Origin: Kiritimatiellia bacterium
GTDB lineage: Bacteria > Verrucomicrobiota > Kiritimatiellia > CAIVKH01
NCBI GenBank assembly: GCA_023953695.1
Contig: JAMLJG010000003.1
Location: forward strand, 7,012 to 71,011
Length of the DNA stretch: 64,000 bases
Reading direction: 5' to 3'
The translations under genes were made by a program, and so were the position numbers. The notes beneath the pieces are model-generated. The model was not told the DNA's origin. It saw nothing but the letters and a program-made list of their open reading frames with translations, and made no database searches. How positions within the stretch are numbered: the first letter of the stretch is position 1; every line of letters begins with the position of its first letter. Positions 41,879-51,741 of the stretch are shown in pieces.

Positions 41879-43681
41879 ATGCAAGACCTTTCCCACATAC
41901 GCAATTTTTGCATCATCGCCCACATTGACCACGGCAAATCCACCTTGGCCGACCGGCTCCTCGAGCTGACGGCCACAGTGGAGAAGCGAGATATGCAGGC
42001 CCAACTTCTCGACTCGATGGACTTGGAGCGCGAACGCGGGATCACGATCAAGGCCCATCCGGTGACAATGTTTTACACCGCAAAGAACGGGCGTCGCTAC
42101 ACCTTCAACCTGATTGATACGCCAGGCCATGTGGACTTCTCATACGAAGTTCAGCGCAGCCTGTCCGCATGTGAGGGAGCTTTGTTGATTGTTGACGCGA
42201 CACAGGGTGTCGAAGCGCAGACCGTGGCGAATACCTACATGGCCATGGGTCAGAATCTGGCGCTGATCCCCGTGTTGAATAAAGTGGACATGCAGAACGC
42301 CCACATCGAAGAGGTGGAGAACCAGCTAGAGGAAATCCTCGCGATCCCGGCGAAAGATTCCTACAAAGTGAGCGCGAAAACAGGCCTGGGTGTGGATGCG
42401 CTGCTTGAAGGGATCGTTGAACACATCCCGCCGCCGAAATCTACAGGCGACAAGGTCCGGGCCCTCGTTTTTGACTCAACCTATGACGTCTTCCGCGGTG
42501 TAGTCACCTATGTGCGCGTGGTGGATGGCTCCTTCAAGATGGGCGACCGCATTCGCATGCTCAGTACCGGGCAGGATTACGAAGTCAAAGAAGTCGGCAT
42601 CTTTACTCCAGACCCGGAGAAAGTGGATCAACTGGGCCCCGGTGATGTGGGCTATTTTATCGGCAATATCAAAGATCCGTCTGAAATCAAGATCGGCGAT
42701 ACCGTAACCCTTGCGCGCTTCCCGACGCAGGATCCGCTGCCCGGCTTCAAAGAGATTCACCCAATGGTGTTCAGCGGGATCTATCCGATCAACACTGCAG
42801 ATTTCGAAAAACTCAAGGTGAGTCTGGAGAAGTATAAGCTCAACGACAGCTCCTTCAGTTACATGCCGGAAAACTCCATCGCGCTAGGCCTCGGCTTCCG
42901 CTGCGGCTTCTTGGGTCTATTGCACATGGAAATTGTGCAAGAACGGCTCCGTCGCGAATACGATGTGGATATCATCTCCACATATCCCAACGTGATTTAT
43001 CGCGTATTTATGACAGACGGCTCCATGGAGGAGATCGAGAATCCCACGAAGTTGCCTGACCCATCGCGCATTTCGAAACTGGAAGAGCCGATGATTAAAG
43101 CGTTCATCATCTGCCAGAACGAACATATCGGCGACCTGATGCAGCTCATCATGGACCGTCGTGGCGCGATCGAGAAAACGGAATCTTTGGATACGCGTCG
43201 CGTAATGTTGACCTGCACTCTGCCGCTCAACGAGATCCTTATTGATTTTCAGGACAAGCTGAAGAGTATCAGCCGCGGCTATGCCTCGATGGACTATGAA
43301 CACGCGGGCTATCAGGAATCCGACCTCGTCCGCATGGACATCCTTGTTCACGGTGAACCCGTAGAAGCATTCTCCTGCATTCTTCACAGGAGTAAATCTG
43401 AGGGACGCGGGCGTCAGCTCTGTGCTGCCTTGAAAGAACTGATTCCGCCCGCCATGTTTCCCATCGCGTTGCAGGCGGCCGTGAACAAGAAGATTGTCGC
43501 CCGTGAGACTATCCGAGCTCTCCGCAAAGATGTCACCGCCAAATGCTATGGCGGTGACGTATCGCGAAAGCGGAAGCTGCTTGAGAAGCAGAAAGAGGGC
43601 AAGAAGCGCATGAAGCAAGTGGGGAATGTGAGTATTCCACAAGAGGCGTTTGTCAAGGTTCTCAAAGGCGGCGTGGAGTAA
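41879..43681 (+). CDS. lepA: Translation elongation factor 4
   Basis: IRNFCIIAHIDHGKSTLADRLL G-domain. LepA-specific C-terminal domain. Confidence 0.97.
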   Translation: MQDLSHIRNFCIIAHIDHGKSTLADRLLELTATVEKRDMQAQLLDSMDLERERGITIKAHPVTMFYTAKNGRRYTFNLIDTPGHVDFSYEVQRSLSACEGALLIVDATQGVEAQTVANTYMAMGQNLALIPVLNKVDMQNAHIEEVENQLEEILAIPAKDSYKVSAKTGLGVDALLEGIVEHIPPPKSTGDKVRALVFDSTYDVFRGVVTYVRVVDGSFKMGDRIRMLSTGQDYEVKEVGIFTPDPEKVDQLGPGDVGYFIGNIKDPSEIKIGDTVTLARFPTQDPLPGFKEIHPMVFSGIYPINTADFEKLKVSLEKYKLNDSSFSYMPENSIALGLGFRCGFLGLLHMEIVQERLRREYDVDIISTYPNVIYRVFMTDGSMEEIENPTKLPDPSRISKLEEPMIKAFIICQNEHIGDLMQLIMDRRGAIEKTESLDTRRVMLTCTLPLNEILIDFQDKLKSISRGYASMDYEHAGYQESDLVRMDILVHGEPVEAFSCILHRSKSEGRGRQLCAALKELIPPAMFPIALQAAVNKKIVARETIRALRKDVTAKCYGGDVSRKRKLLEKQKEGKKRMKQVGNVSIPQEAFVKVLKGGVE

Positions 43682-43686
43682 CACCG

Positions 43687-44787
43687 ATGAGAGCTTGGCT
43701 AGCGCGCAGACGCCTGCGGAAAACGGCGAAACAGTTATGCAACGAAGCCCGGCGTCTGCGCAACATGCACGAAGACATCGCAGACCCGAAGCTCCTTGCG
43801 GCCGTATCCGAGGCCGAGCAGCAAGTAAAGGAAGCTCAGAAGGGTGGGGCGCCAAGCGCCATTGAAGCGGCATTGGAGACTCTCAATACGGCAATGGAAG
43901 TGCTCTCGCCGCCCCGACCACATGCGCGCATTCGCGAAAATGTTGAGATATTTGTCGTCGCCATCGTTGTGGCGATGGGCTTCCGAACCTATTTCATACA
44001 GCCCTTCAAGATTCCCACCGGCTCCATGCAGCCGACGCTCTACGGCATTTATGTGGATCCTCAAATGGGGAAGCAATGGTATGACCACATGCCCTTCAAG
44101 CTTATCCCGCTCGCGCTCTTCGGCGAAAGCTATCAGGAGGTGCACGCACGTGCGAGCGGCTCTGTCGCCGAGCGCTATGAAGAAACCGAGGAGTCCATAC
44201 GTCTCTACATTGCTGGAGTCCCTCATGAAATGCCGCGCCGGATGACGCGCTATGTCCAGCCGGGCCTGACACATGTTGAGAAGGGGCAAATCATCGCAAG
44301 CGGCCGAGTTCGCAAAGGCGACCACATCTTTGTGAATAAGGTGCGCTATAACTTTCAGAAGCCCAAGCGTGGCGATATTTTCGTTTTCAGCACTTCCGGC
44401 ATCAACTACGACCGCATTCGCCCCGACTCGTTCTATATCAAGCGAATGGCCGGCATGCCCGGCGAGACGTTGCGCCTTGAGCCCCCATATCTCCTGGCTA
44501 ATGGCGTCCGGGTCACGGAGCCATATCCATTCCATCGCCTTCTGACGGCGAGAGAACAGGGGTACCTCGGATATCAGCTTCCGTATTCAGATAAGACGTA
44601 TCGGGTTGCTCTGGGATACCTTGACCAGGAACTGCATCTGGCCAACGACGAATATCTACCCCTAGGCGATAACACACGCTCCAGTCTCGATGGCCGATAC
44701 TTTGGTGCCGTCAACCGCCGGAGTATCGTCGGACCGGCCTTCATGGTCTACTGGCCATTCGGACCGCGCTGGGGCTTCGTCCAATAG
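43687..44787 (+). CDS. lepB: Signal peptidase I
   Basis: S26 catalytic Ser (IPTGSMQPTL) and Lys box (YIKRMAGMPGE). GDNTRSSLDGRYFG box E. Conserved lepA-lepB synteny. Confidence 0.92.
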   Translation: MRAWLARRRLRKTAKQLCNEARRLRNMHEDIADPKLLAAVSEAEQQVKEAQKGGAPSAIEAALETLNTAMEVLSPPRPHARIRENVEIFVVAIVVAMGFRTYFIQPFKIPTGSMQPTLYGIYVDPQMGKQWYDHMPFKLIPLALFGESYQEVHARASGSVAERYEETEESIRLYIAGVPHEMPRRMTRYVQPGLTHVEKGQIIASGRVRKGDHIFVNKVRYNFQKPKRGDIFVFSTSGINYDRIRPDSFYIKRMAGMPGETLRLEPPYLLANGVRVTEPYPFHRLLTAREQGYLGYQLPYSDKTYRVALGYLDQELHLANDEYLPLGDNTRSSLDGRYFGAVNRRSIVGPAFMVYWPFGPRWGFVQ

Positions 44788-45355
44788 GGCTGAACGTCGG
44801 CTCTCTGTGCTACACCCACGGAACTCCGGCGGAACTGGTGCGCCGCGCGAGCAGCCTCATGGTCTGGCCGTCCAATCAAGGGCACATAAGGCCGAACCAG
44901 GCAGACCTCACGCAACAAAGCGCATTGACGTCAGCAGTGTCACTCACGCCAATGTAGAGGTCTGAACCTGTAGAGAGTGCGAAGACAATCCGGCAGAGGC
45001 GCACGCCGCTGCAATGTGGCGATGGAATTGCACGGTTGGACAACACGAACCAAAAGCAATACCGACGAGAACGTTGACACCCAGACTGGCGTGGTGACAT
45101 CTAGGCCGCAACGCAACCGAGGCATTTAGAGTGGCGAAGGCGGTATAATTCCAAATGGGCCGAGGGCGATACCAACACTTGGGAAAATCGAATTGCGCCC
45201 AAGGAAGTACCTAATTTGTGGCCAAATGACGGCATTTCATGGCAGCACAAGCAACGTCGCATAATACATATTATGTCTATTGATAGACGCGCGGAAGCGC
45301 TAGGGATTGCGGTGAGGTGCTATTTGCCAGGGCTCCCGGCACTATGATAACTCGG

Positions 45356-46801
45356 CTAGAGCGTGGGCAAAAGTCGCTCGTAGAGCTGCTCGTACTGTGT
45401 GGCCGCTTTTCGCCATGAGACATCTGTGCTCATCATGCCGCGGACCATTTCCATACGGATTGAAGGCGACTGAAGTAGCTGCACGCCTCGATCAATGGCC
45501 GAAAGGAATTCAGAGGCCGAATAGGCAAAGAATTTGATCCCGGTTGGCGTGCTGCTTTCGGCGGGATCCAGAATGGAATCTCGGAGGCCCCCGACAGCGT
45601 GCACGACGGGCAACGTTCCGTAGCGCTGGCCACAAAATTGCGTGAGCCCACAGGGTTCCGACTTCGATGGCAAGAGGAGCATATCCGCACCCGCCTGAAT
45701 TTCGTGGGCAAGGGGAGCGTTATATTCAAGGCGTACCCCCACCCTGCCCGGCCATTGTTCGGCCCACTGACGAGCGAGATTCTCGTACTTCTGCTGGCCT
45801 GATCCCAGGATGACGAGCGCGATATCGCGTTTCAAAAGGTCAAAGATGATGTCCGAGAGCAGATCAATACCCTTGAGGTCCACGAGTCGCGATACCATCG
45901 CGAGAATGAGCGTGTTCTTTCCTAGCTGAAGATTCATGCGCGCGACCAACCGATCACGACAAAGTATTTTGCCCGCCAGGTTGTGAATGTCGTAGTTGGC
46001 TGCAATATCGGGATCGGTTGCAGGATCCCACATCTCTGTATCAATTCCGTTCAATATCCCGACGAGTCGGTCCTGCACTCCGCGCAAGACGCCATCCAAA
46101 CCGAATCCGCCTTCCTCCGTCAAAATTTCGCGGGCGTAGGTGGGGCTAACGGTTGTGACAGCATCCGCTCCGGTGATGCCTGCCTTGAGGCAGCCAATCT
46201 TCCCATAGTACTCAAAGGTATCAACGGAGAACGCGCTAAAGGGCAAATTCGTCAGCGCAAAGTCGCTGTCGGGAAAAAGACCCTGATACGCGACGTTGTG
46301 CAGCGTGAAGACGACTCGCTCTCTACGCCCTCGCCGACGTCCCTGAACGCCGTACTCCAGGAAATACGGCATCAATCCCGTCTGCCAATCGTTACAGTGA
46401 ATGATATCGGGATTCAGCTCCAACCGGTCAATGAGCGCGATCACCGCTTTCTGGAAAAAGACAAAGCGTTCGAAGTTGTCTTCATAATCGCGATCTGGAA
46501 GATTGTAGAGTCGCGACCGATCAAAAAATTCATCGCGCCGGATGAAGTAGGTTGGCACCCCGCCCTCTTCTATCCGCATGATGTCAGCAGTGAACGTGCG
46601 CATACCGACCGGGACTGATATTTTGATATCGAGCGCTTCGAGGGGGCGTGGCCCTTCGAGAACGCGGCGATAGCACGGCATGAAACGCACAACTTCGTGG
46701 CCGGCTGCTTTCAGAACCATGGGGAGAGAAGCAGCGACCTCTGCGAGCCCCCCGGTTGATGCGTACGGGGTAATTTCACTCGATATGTAGGCTAACTTCA
46801 T
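45356..46801 (-). CDS. glgA: Glycogen synthase (ADP-glucose type)
   Basis: MKLAYISSEITPYASTGGLAEVAASLP (KTGGL-like motif), GT5 family core. Start at internal ATG 46801. Confidence 0.93.
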   Translation of the reverse strand: MKLAYISSEITPYASTGGLAEVAASLPMVLKAAGHEVVRFMPCYRRVLEGPRPLEALDIKISVPVGMRTFTADIMRIEEGGVPTYFIRRDEFFDRSRLYNLPDRDYEDNFERFVFFQKAVIALIDRLELNPDIIHCNDWQTGLMPYFLEYGVQGRRRGRRERVVFTLHNVAYQGLFPDSDFALTNLPFSAFSVDTFEYYGKIGCLKAGITGADAVTTVSPTYAREILTEEGGFGLDGVLRGVQDRLVGILNGIDTEMWDPATDPDIAANYDIHNLAGKILCRDRLVARMNLQLGKNTLILAMVSRLVDLKGIDLLSDIIFDLLKRDIALVILGSGQQKYENLARQWAEQWPGRVGVRLEYNAPLAHEIQAGADMLLLPSKSEPCGLTQFCGQRYGTLPVVHAVGGLRDSILDPAESSTPTGIKFFAYSASEFLSAIDRGVQLLQSPSIRMEMVRGMMSTDVSWRKAATQYEQLYERLLPTL

Positions 46802-46859
46802 CCCAGCCGTTGGACTTTCCTTGTATGAATACCCGCTTCTGGGCGTATAATCTATCGCC

Positions 46860-49085
46860 ATGACCACTGGGGCAAGCCTTGAAACCACCCTTTATGCGCT
46901 TTTGGCCCAGCCCGGGTATCGGCCTCTCCGGCAGCATGAACTGGCTCGTGCGCTCCATGTCAAGTCGCGCGACCGCGCCCTATTTCGCAGTCTCTTGCGA
47001 AAAGGAATGGCCGATGGGCGTCTGGTTTGTCTGAGAAAGAACCGCTGGGCTCTTCCTGCGAAGGACCGATTTATCCGAGCAAGAATCAGCGTCCTTCCGA
47101 ACGGTGGCGCAATTGCCACTGTCCTCTCCTCCGAAGACGCAACACCACAGGAATATTTCATTGGTCGAATGGGCCTGGCGGGCGCGATTCATGGTGACAC
47201 CGCGTTGCTTGAATTGGTCTCGCGGCGAACCAGAATGGACCGCTCCAATCGCGTGGAAGCGCGAGTTGTTCGCGTGGTGGAACGCAGCCAGGCGCAACTC
47301 GCGGGGCAATTGCAGCGGAATCGCTTCCAGTGGTATCTCATTCCCGATCATCCACACATTCGGAACAACGTCTATCTGGAGCCGCCTCCCGCCTCTCTTC
47401 AACTGGAGGCCGGCCTTTATGCGGTGGCCGAACTGGACGACTGGGTCGGGCCGGACCTTCCTTTGCGCGGCCGTGTTCGTGAGATTCTCGGAGATAGTGA
47501 CCTGCCGGGCCTCTCAGCGCAAATGCTTCTGAAAAACCATCAACTGTCCAAGAGGTTCGACAATGCCGTCAGCGCCGCTGCCCGCGCCACTCCTGCGGAC
47601 CTGAGCGAAGGCGATCTGCGTGGGCGAGAAGATTGCCGCGCACTTCTCACCTTCACAATTGATCCTGCTGATGCGCGCGACTTTGATGATGCTGTTTCTC
47701 TCTCGCCAATTTCAGAGGGCCTTCTCCTAGGCGTCCATATCGCCGATGTTTCTCACTTTGTCCCTATCGGATCCACGATTGACCGCGAGGCCGCGCAACG
47801 AGGCAACAGCGTCTATCTGACGGGCGATTTCGTTCCCATGCTTCCGCACTATCTAACATCGGAAGTATGCAGCTTGCGCCCCGATGTGGATCGCTTGGCA
47901 TACACAGTCTGGATCACTCTCGATGAGAAGGGTCGAATACTTTCCCACCGCTTCGCGCCGACCGTCATCCGATCCAGCGGACGCCTTACCTATGATCAGG
48001 TGCAGAGCCATTTCGACCAGCCGACATCTGATTCAGTGCCGTTGCACCTCCGCGCGGCTTTGGATCAGATGCGCTCTCTTGCGCGAGAAATCCGCGAACG
48101 CCGTATGAGGGCGGGAGCCCTGAATCTCGCCATGCCCGAGGTTAGGTGCAAGTTGAATGAAGACGGCGACGTTCAATCCATTCACTTGCGCGGTGCGCCA
48201 GAGGCCTATCAACTCATTGAGGAGTTCATGCTTCTCGCCAACATTGCCGTTGCTGAGCGTCTCGCTTCGCGGCGTGTGCCGATGATCTATCGGATTCACG
48301 ATGAGCCCGCCGCAGAGCAATGGGAAGCAATGGCTACTGCGCTCCGCATGCTCGGCATCCATCAGGCAGTCCAAACCCCTGATGACATCAATCGAATCTG
48401 CAAACGCGTGGAGGGGACGCCTTCGGCCTACCTGACGAATCTCGCCATTCTTCGCAATCTGAAACGAGCGGCTTACTCCACTAAACACATCAAACACTTC
48501 GGCTTGGGCTTCCCCTCCTACACTCACTTCACCTCCCCCATCCGCCGATATCCCGATCTGTTGATTCATCGCATCCTGAAGGCAAGTGAAGCGAACGCGC
48601 GCACACCTTATCGGCATGAAGACATTGAGCGTTTTGCTCTGCACTGCTCCGAAACTGAACGCAATGCCGACGAAGCAGAATCGGAGAGCCTCAAGCTGAA
48701 ATGCCTCGAGTACTACGGGGCACAAATGCGGGCTGGCGATGTGGGACCCCATCCCGCGCTTATTGTCGGCGTGCTCGCGCGCGGCGTGCTTGTTGATCTG
48801 ACCGAGTCATTAGTGCGCGGCATGATTCCGCTTCACGCTCTTGGAGAGGACTACTTCGAGGCCTTCCCTGATCAAGGGTTTGTGAGGAGTCGGCACACAA
48901 AGCGACAACTGAGAATCGGTCAGCTCGTCGAGGTGGAGTTGATGCGGATTGATTTGACACGCCGACGGCTGGACCTCCGCATGGTTTCACCGCGCAAGAC
49001 CGCTAACGGATCAGATAAATCATCTTCTGCTCGCTCCCGCCCCGCTCCACGTCAAAAACGAGGGCGTTCACGCGGTTCTTCATAA
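46860..49085 (+). CDS. rnr: Ribonuclease R
   Basis: Cold-shock/OB domains, RNB catalytic domain, C-terminal S1 domain, Lys/Arg-rich tail. Confidence 0.93.
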   Translation: MTTGASLETTLYALLAQPGYRPLRQHELARALHVKSRDRALFRSLLRKGMADGRLVCLRKNRWALPAKDRFIRARISVLPNGGAIATVLSSEDATPQEYFIGRMGLAGAIHGDTALLELVSRRTRMDRSNRVEARVVRVVERSQAQLAGQLQRNRFQWYLIPDHPHIRNNVYLEPPPASLQLEAGLYAVAELDDWVGPDLPLRGRVREILGDSDLPGLSAQMLLKNHQLSKRFDNAVSAAARATPADLSEGDLRGREDCRALLTFTIDPADARDFDDAVSLSPISEGLLLGVHIADVSHFVPIGSTIDREAAQRGNSVYLTGDFVPMLPHYLTSEVCSLRPDVDRLAYTVWITLDEKGRILSHRFAPTVIRSSGRLTYDQVQSHFDQPTSDSVPLHLRAALDQMRSLAREIRERRMRAGALNLAMPEVRCKLNEDGDVQSIHLRGAPEAYQLIEEFMLLANIAVAERLASRRVPMIYRIHDEPAAEQWEAMATALRMLGIHQAVQTPDDINRICKRVEGTPSAYLTNLAILRNLKRAAYSTKHIKHFGLGFPSYTHFTSPIRRYPDLLIHRILKASEANARTPYRHEDIERFALHCSETERNADEAESESLKLKCLEYYGAQMRAGDVGPHPALIVGVLARGVLVDLTESLVRGMIPLHALGEDYFEAFPDQGFVRSRHTKRQLRIGQLVEVELMRIDLTRRRLDLRMVSPRKTANGSDKSSSARSRPAPRQKRGRSRGSS

Positions 49086-49914
49086 ATTCAGTAATGAAGT
49101 ATTCGGCCCTGCGCTGACTCACCATCCGCATCGAATTGACTCGACGAATGACATCTCCCTCCTGCAGGCCAATCGCGCGAAAGAGATCCCCCTCCCCTTC
49201 CGTATCGAGATAGTATCCCTGAATTTCGTTTTCCTTGTATTCAGGCTTGAGCGAGGCATAGACATTGGCGATCCGCTCAGGATCCTCCAGCAATTCAGAG
49301 TAATAGCGCAGCAACTCTTCGCGCTTCATCACCCAGCGATTTTCACCCACTCGCTTTCCAAAGCGGCTCGTCTCCAGCGCCGGCATATCCTCCATAGACA
49401 CATTCTCGGCCGGTTTCGCTTCGGGTTGCGTGCCCGCCAGAGCGGCACTCACCGGACTGAAGCTCAGCGCGAGTTCATACTCCGTCCCATCGCGCAATAG
49501 ATGCACTCGATCTTCTTCTATGCGGGTAACCAGATAGCCATCAATTTCCTGATTTTCTCGAACGAGCACCTGCATTTTCGCGGCGAGATCATCTACGATC
49601 GCCCGCCGGTGTTCTTGCTCTGGATCGTTTTCAGAGGCATCGCTATACAGAAAAAATGTGCCCGCGAGCCGAAAGCGCTCGGCCAAGGGCCCGCTCGACT
49701 CGGTGGGACGCGTTGCCGTTTGAATCTGCAGCCACTCCTCCTGGCTGAGTGGAGCGGCACGCTCTTGCACCGACGCAGCAATGGAGGGTGCGCTTTCGCC
49801 GGGCTCGCGAGCGACACGCATCATGCGGTTTGCGAAATAGATCGCTTGCCCCACCGCAGTTGCGATGAGCAAGGTGGCGACTAGCGGCAGTGCATTGGCA
49901 GATATCGTTCTCAT
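49003..49914 (-). CDS. GspC/PilP-like membrane protein (N-terminal TM helix + HR domain + C-terminal PDZ-like domain)
   Basis: TM helix (LPLVATLLIATAVGQAIYFA). HR-like segment (RFRLAGTFFLYSD...DGYLVTRIEEDRVHLLRDGTEYELAL). PDZ-like C-terminus (GLQEGDVIRRVNSMRMVS...). Start set to ATG 49914 because the upstream sequence is rnpB. Confidence 0.55.
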   Translation of the reverse strand: MRTISANALPLVATLLIATAVGQAIYFANRMMRVAREPGESAPSIAASVQERAAPLSQEEWLQIQTATRPTESSGPLAERFRLAGTFFLYSDASENDPEQEHRRAIVDDLAAKMQVLVRENQEIDGYLVTRIEEDRVHLLRDGTEYELALSFSPVSAALAGTQPEAKPAENVSMEDMPALETSRFGKRVGENRWVMKREELLRYYSELLEDPERIANVYASLKPEYKENEIQGYYLDTEGEGDLFRAIGLQEGDVIRRVNSMRMVSQRRAEYFITEFMKNRVNALVFDVERGGSEQKMIYLIR

Positions 49915-49926
49915 TTCCCTAAAGTA

Positions 49927-50323
49927 GTGAGCTGCAAGGTGCAGTAAGCCGGATTCTGTTCCTGCCAACGGCAGCCAGTCATTTATCTATGCGATCAACC
50001 CGAGGTCTTCCGCAAGCAAAGCTTGCGGTCCCCCGCAATCGCGGGAGGAAACGGGCCGCTTCAGACCTCCTATTCGATCTTGCTCCGGGCGGGGTTTGCC
50101 TTGCTCTGCACCTCGCGATGCAAAACGGTGGTCTCTTACACCCCCTTTTCACCCTTACCTTCCGGAATCCGGATGGCGGTATGTTTTCTGTGGCACTTTC
50201 CGTCAATGCGGTTTACCGCACCGCTCCCGAATGTTTCCATTCTGGACGCCCTGCCCTGTGGAGTCCGGACTTTCCTCTCTCGCACTCCAAAGAGAACAAG
50301 AGCGACCGGTCACCCTGCAGCTC
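49927..50323 (-). ncRNA. rnpB: RNase P RNA, bacterial type A
   Basis: Minus strand contains GAGGAAAGTCCGGACTCCACAGGGCAGGGCG (P4 5' strand), GGTAAGGGTGAAA, GTAAGAGACCACC, ACAGAATCCGGCTTA (P4 3' strand). P1 formed by GAGCTGCAGGGTG (5' end) and CACCTTGCAGCTC (3' end). Confidence 0.9.
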
Positions 50324-50341
50324 GCCGAAGAGAATAGCGGC

Positions 50342-51043
50342 TCAGCTTCGCCAGTACAAGAGGCGACCGCAATAGGAGCAGGTCGTCATGGTGCCACTGC
50401 GTTTGGCGTCCTGAATCAGGTGTGGCGGGATTTTCATGTGGCACCCCCCGCAGGATCCACCCTCGACAGGCACCAATGCAAAATCACCCAAGTGCTTAAA
50501 AATGCGCGTATAGCGATTGAGCCAGTCGGCATCAATTTCCTTCTCCATGGCGGCGCGCTCCGTCTGCAAACGCGCGATCTCGTCGCGGATGCCTGCCAAT
50601 CTCTGCTCCAATGCGTGGGAGTCGGAGTCCACTGTCTTCTGCTCTTCCTTCACGCGCTGCTCCTGCATCGCAAGGTTCGTGCGAAGTCCTTCCGCCTCCT
50701 CCATTAGGGCAAGCGCCTTGTCCTCTTCCGTTCGAATGATCTTTTCAACCATCGCAATCTCTTTCTCGATTGCTCGGTATTCGTCATTTGTCCGAACCGT
50801 GTTCTGCTGAACACGCAGTTTGCCAATCCGCTGCCGCTGTGTTTCGACTTCGAGCTCAACCGCCTTGATTGCCGTCGCGTTGTGCTTCAGAAGACTTTGC
50901 GAAGCTTCAGCAGTGGCCTTGTATTGCTGCAAGGTTGCCTCGCTCAACTTCTTCCTCGCGGGAATCTGCTCTGTGTCGCGAGCTAAATCCCGAATCCGCC
51001 GATCGCGCTCTTGTAAGATCAATAACTTTTCAATTGTCGTCAC
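50342..51043 (-). CDS. Zinc-ribbon/coiled-coil protein, COG1579 (putative nucleic-acid-binding Zn-ribbon) family
   Basis: Long coiled coil followed by C-terminal CGGCHMKIPPHL...CSYCGRLLY zinc ribbon. Confidence 0.75.
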   Translation of the reverse strand: MTTIEKLLILQERDRRIRDLARDTEQIPARKKLSEATLQQYKATAEASQSLLKHNATAIKAVELEVETQRQRIGKLRVQQNTVRTNDEYRAIEKEIAMVEKIIRTEEDKALALMEEAEGLRTNLAMQEQRVKEEQKTVDSDSHALEQRLAGIRDEIARLQTERAAMEKEIDADWLNRYTRIFKHLGDFALVPVEGGSCGGCHMKIPPHLIQDAKRSGTMTTCSYCGRLLYWRS

Positions 51044-51117
51044 GTGACAGGTTCCTGCGGCAAAGTCCTGACCATACGGACGCGCCCATCAGTTGTCAAC
51101 GGCGACGCAACCCATTT

Positions 51118-51738
51118 TTAAGGAGAGTTGGGATCGGGAAGGTCATGCATGCGCAGCGCAATGGCACGTTCCACGTATTTTCCCAACATATCCGTTTCCA
51201 AGTTCACCGGAGAGCCCAGCTTAAGGTCTCCGAGGGTGGTGTTCTCCCATGTGTGCGGAATCAAGTGAACAGAAAACCCGTCTGGCATCAAATCCACCAG
51301 CGTTAAACTCACGCCGCAAACTGCAATTGATCCCTTCCCTACCATCTGCGCCATCCATTTCGCAGCGCATGCCACCTCGATGATATGATCGCGCCCCACA
51401 GGTGTGATTCGCCGAACATGCCCCGTTCCGTCCACATGGCCCGTCACAAAATGTCCGCCCAGCGCATCCCCCATCCGCAGGGCCCGTTCAAGATTAACTC
51501 GATCTCCAACGCCCTTGCTTCCGAGATTCGTTCGGTCAAACGTTTCTTTGAGCAGATCGAAAGTGATCACCTCGCCAGGTTCGCCGGTCACCGTCAAACA
51601 CACCCCCTCGACGGCAATACTCTCACCCAAGACGAGCGGGGGATCCCACGCGCCACCACGCACTCGCAACTGCCCATGGCTACCGCGGTGTTGCACATCT
51701 TCAACCGAACCCAATTTCTGGATAATTCCTGTGAACAT
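51118..51738 (-). CDS. ribE: Riboflavin synthase (alpha subunit)
   Basis: MFTGIIQ N-terminus, duplicated lumazine-binding domains. Confidence 0.93.
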   Translation of the reverse strand: MFTGIIQKLGSVEDVQHRGSHGQLRVRGGAWDPPLVLGESIAVEGVCLTVTGEPGEVITFDLLKETFDRTNLGSKGVGDRVNLERALRMGDALGGHFVTGHVDGTGHVRRITPVGRDHIIEVACAAKWMAQMVGKGSIAVCGVSLTLVDLMPDGFSVHLIPHTWENTTLGDLKLGSPVNLETDMLGKYVERAIALRMHDLPDPNSP

Positions 51739-51741
51739 AAT

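Noticed and set aside
49915-49968. Longer start (MAGTESGLLHLAAHYFRE...) for the GspC-like gene, and ORFs 49979..50206(-), 49989..50375(+), 50023..50337(+), 50096..50707(+)
   Set aside because: All fall within RNase P RNA (49927..50323), identified by its conserved P4/P1 pairings.
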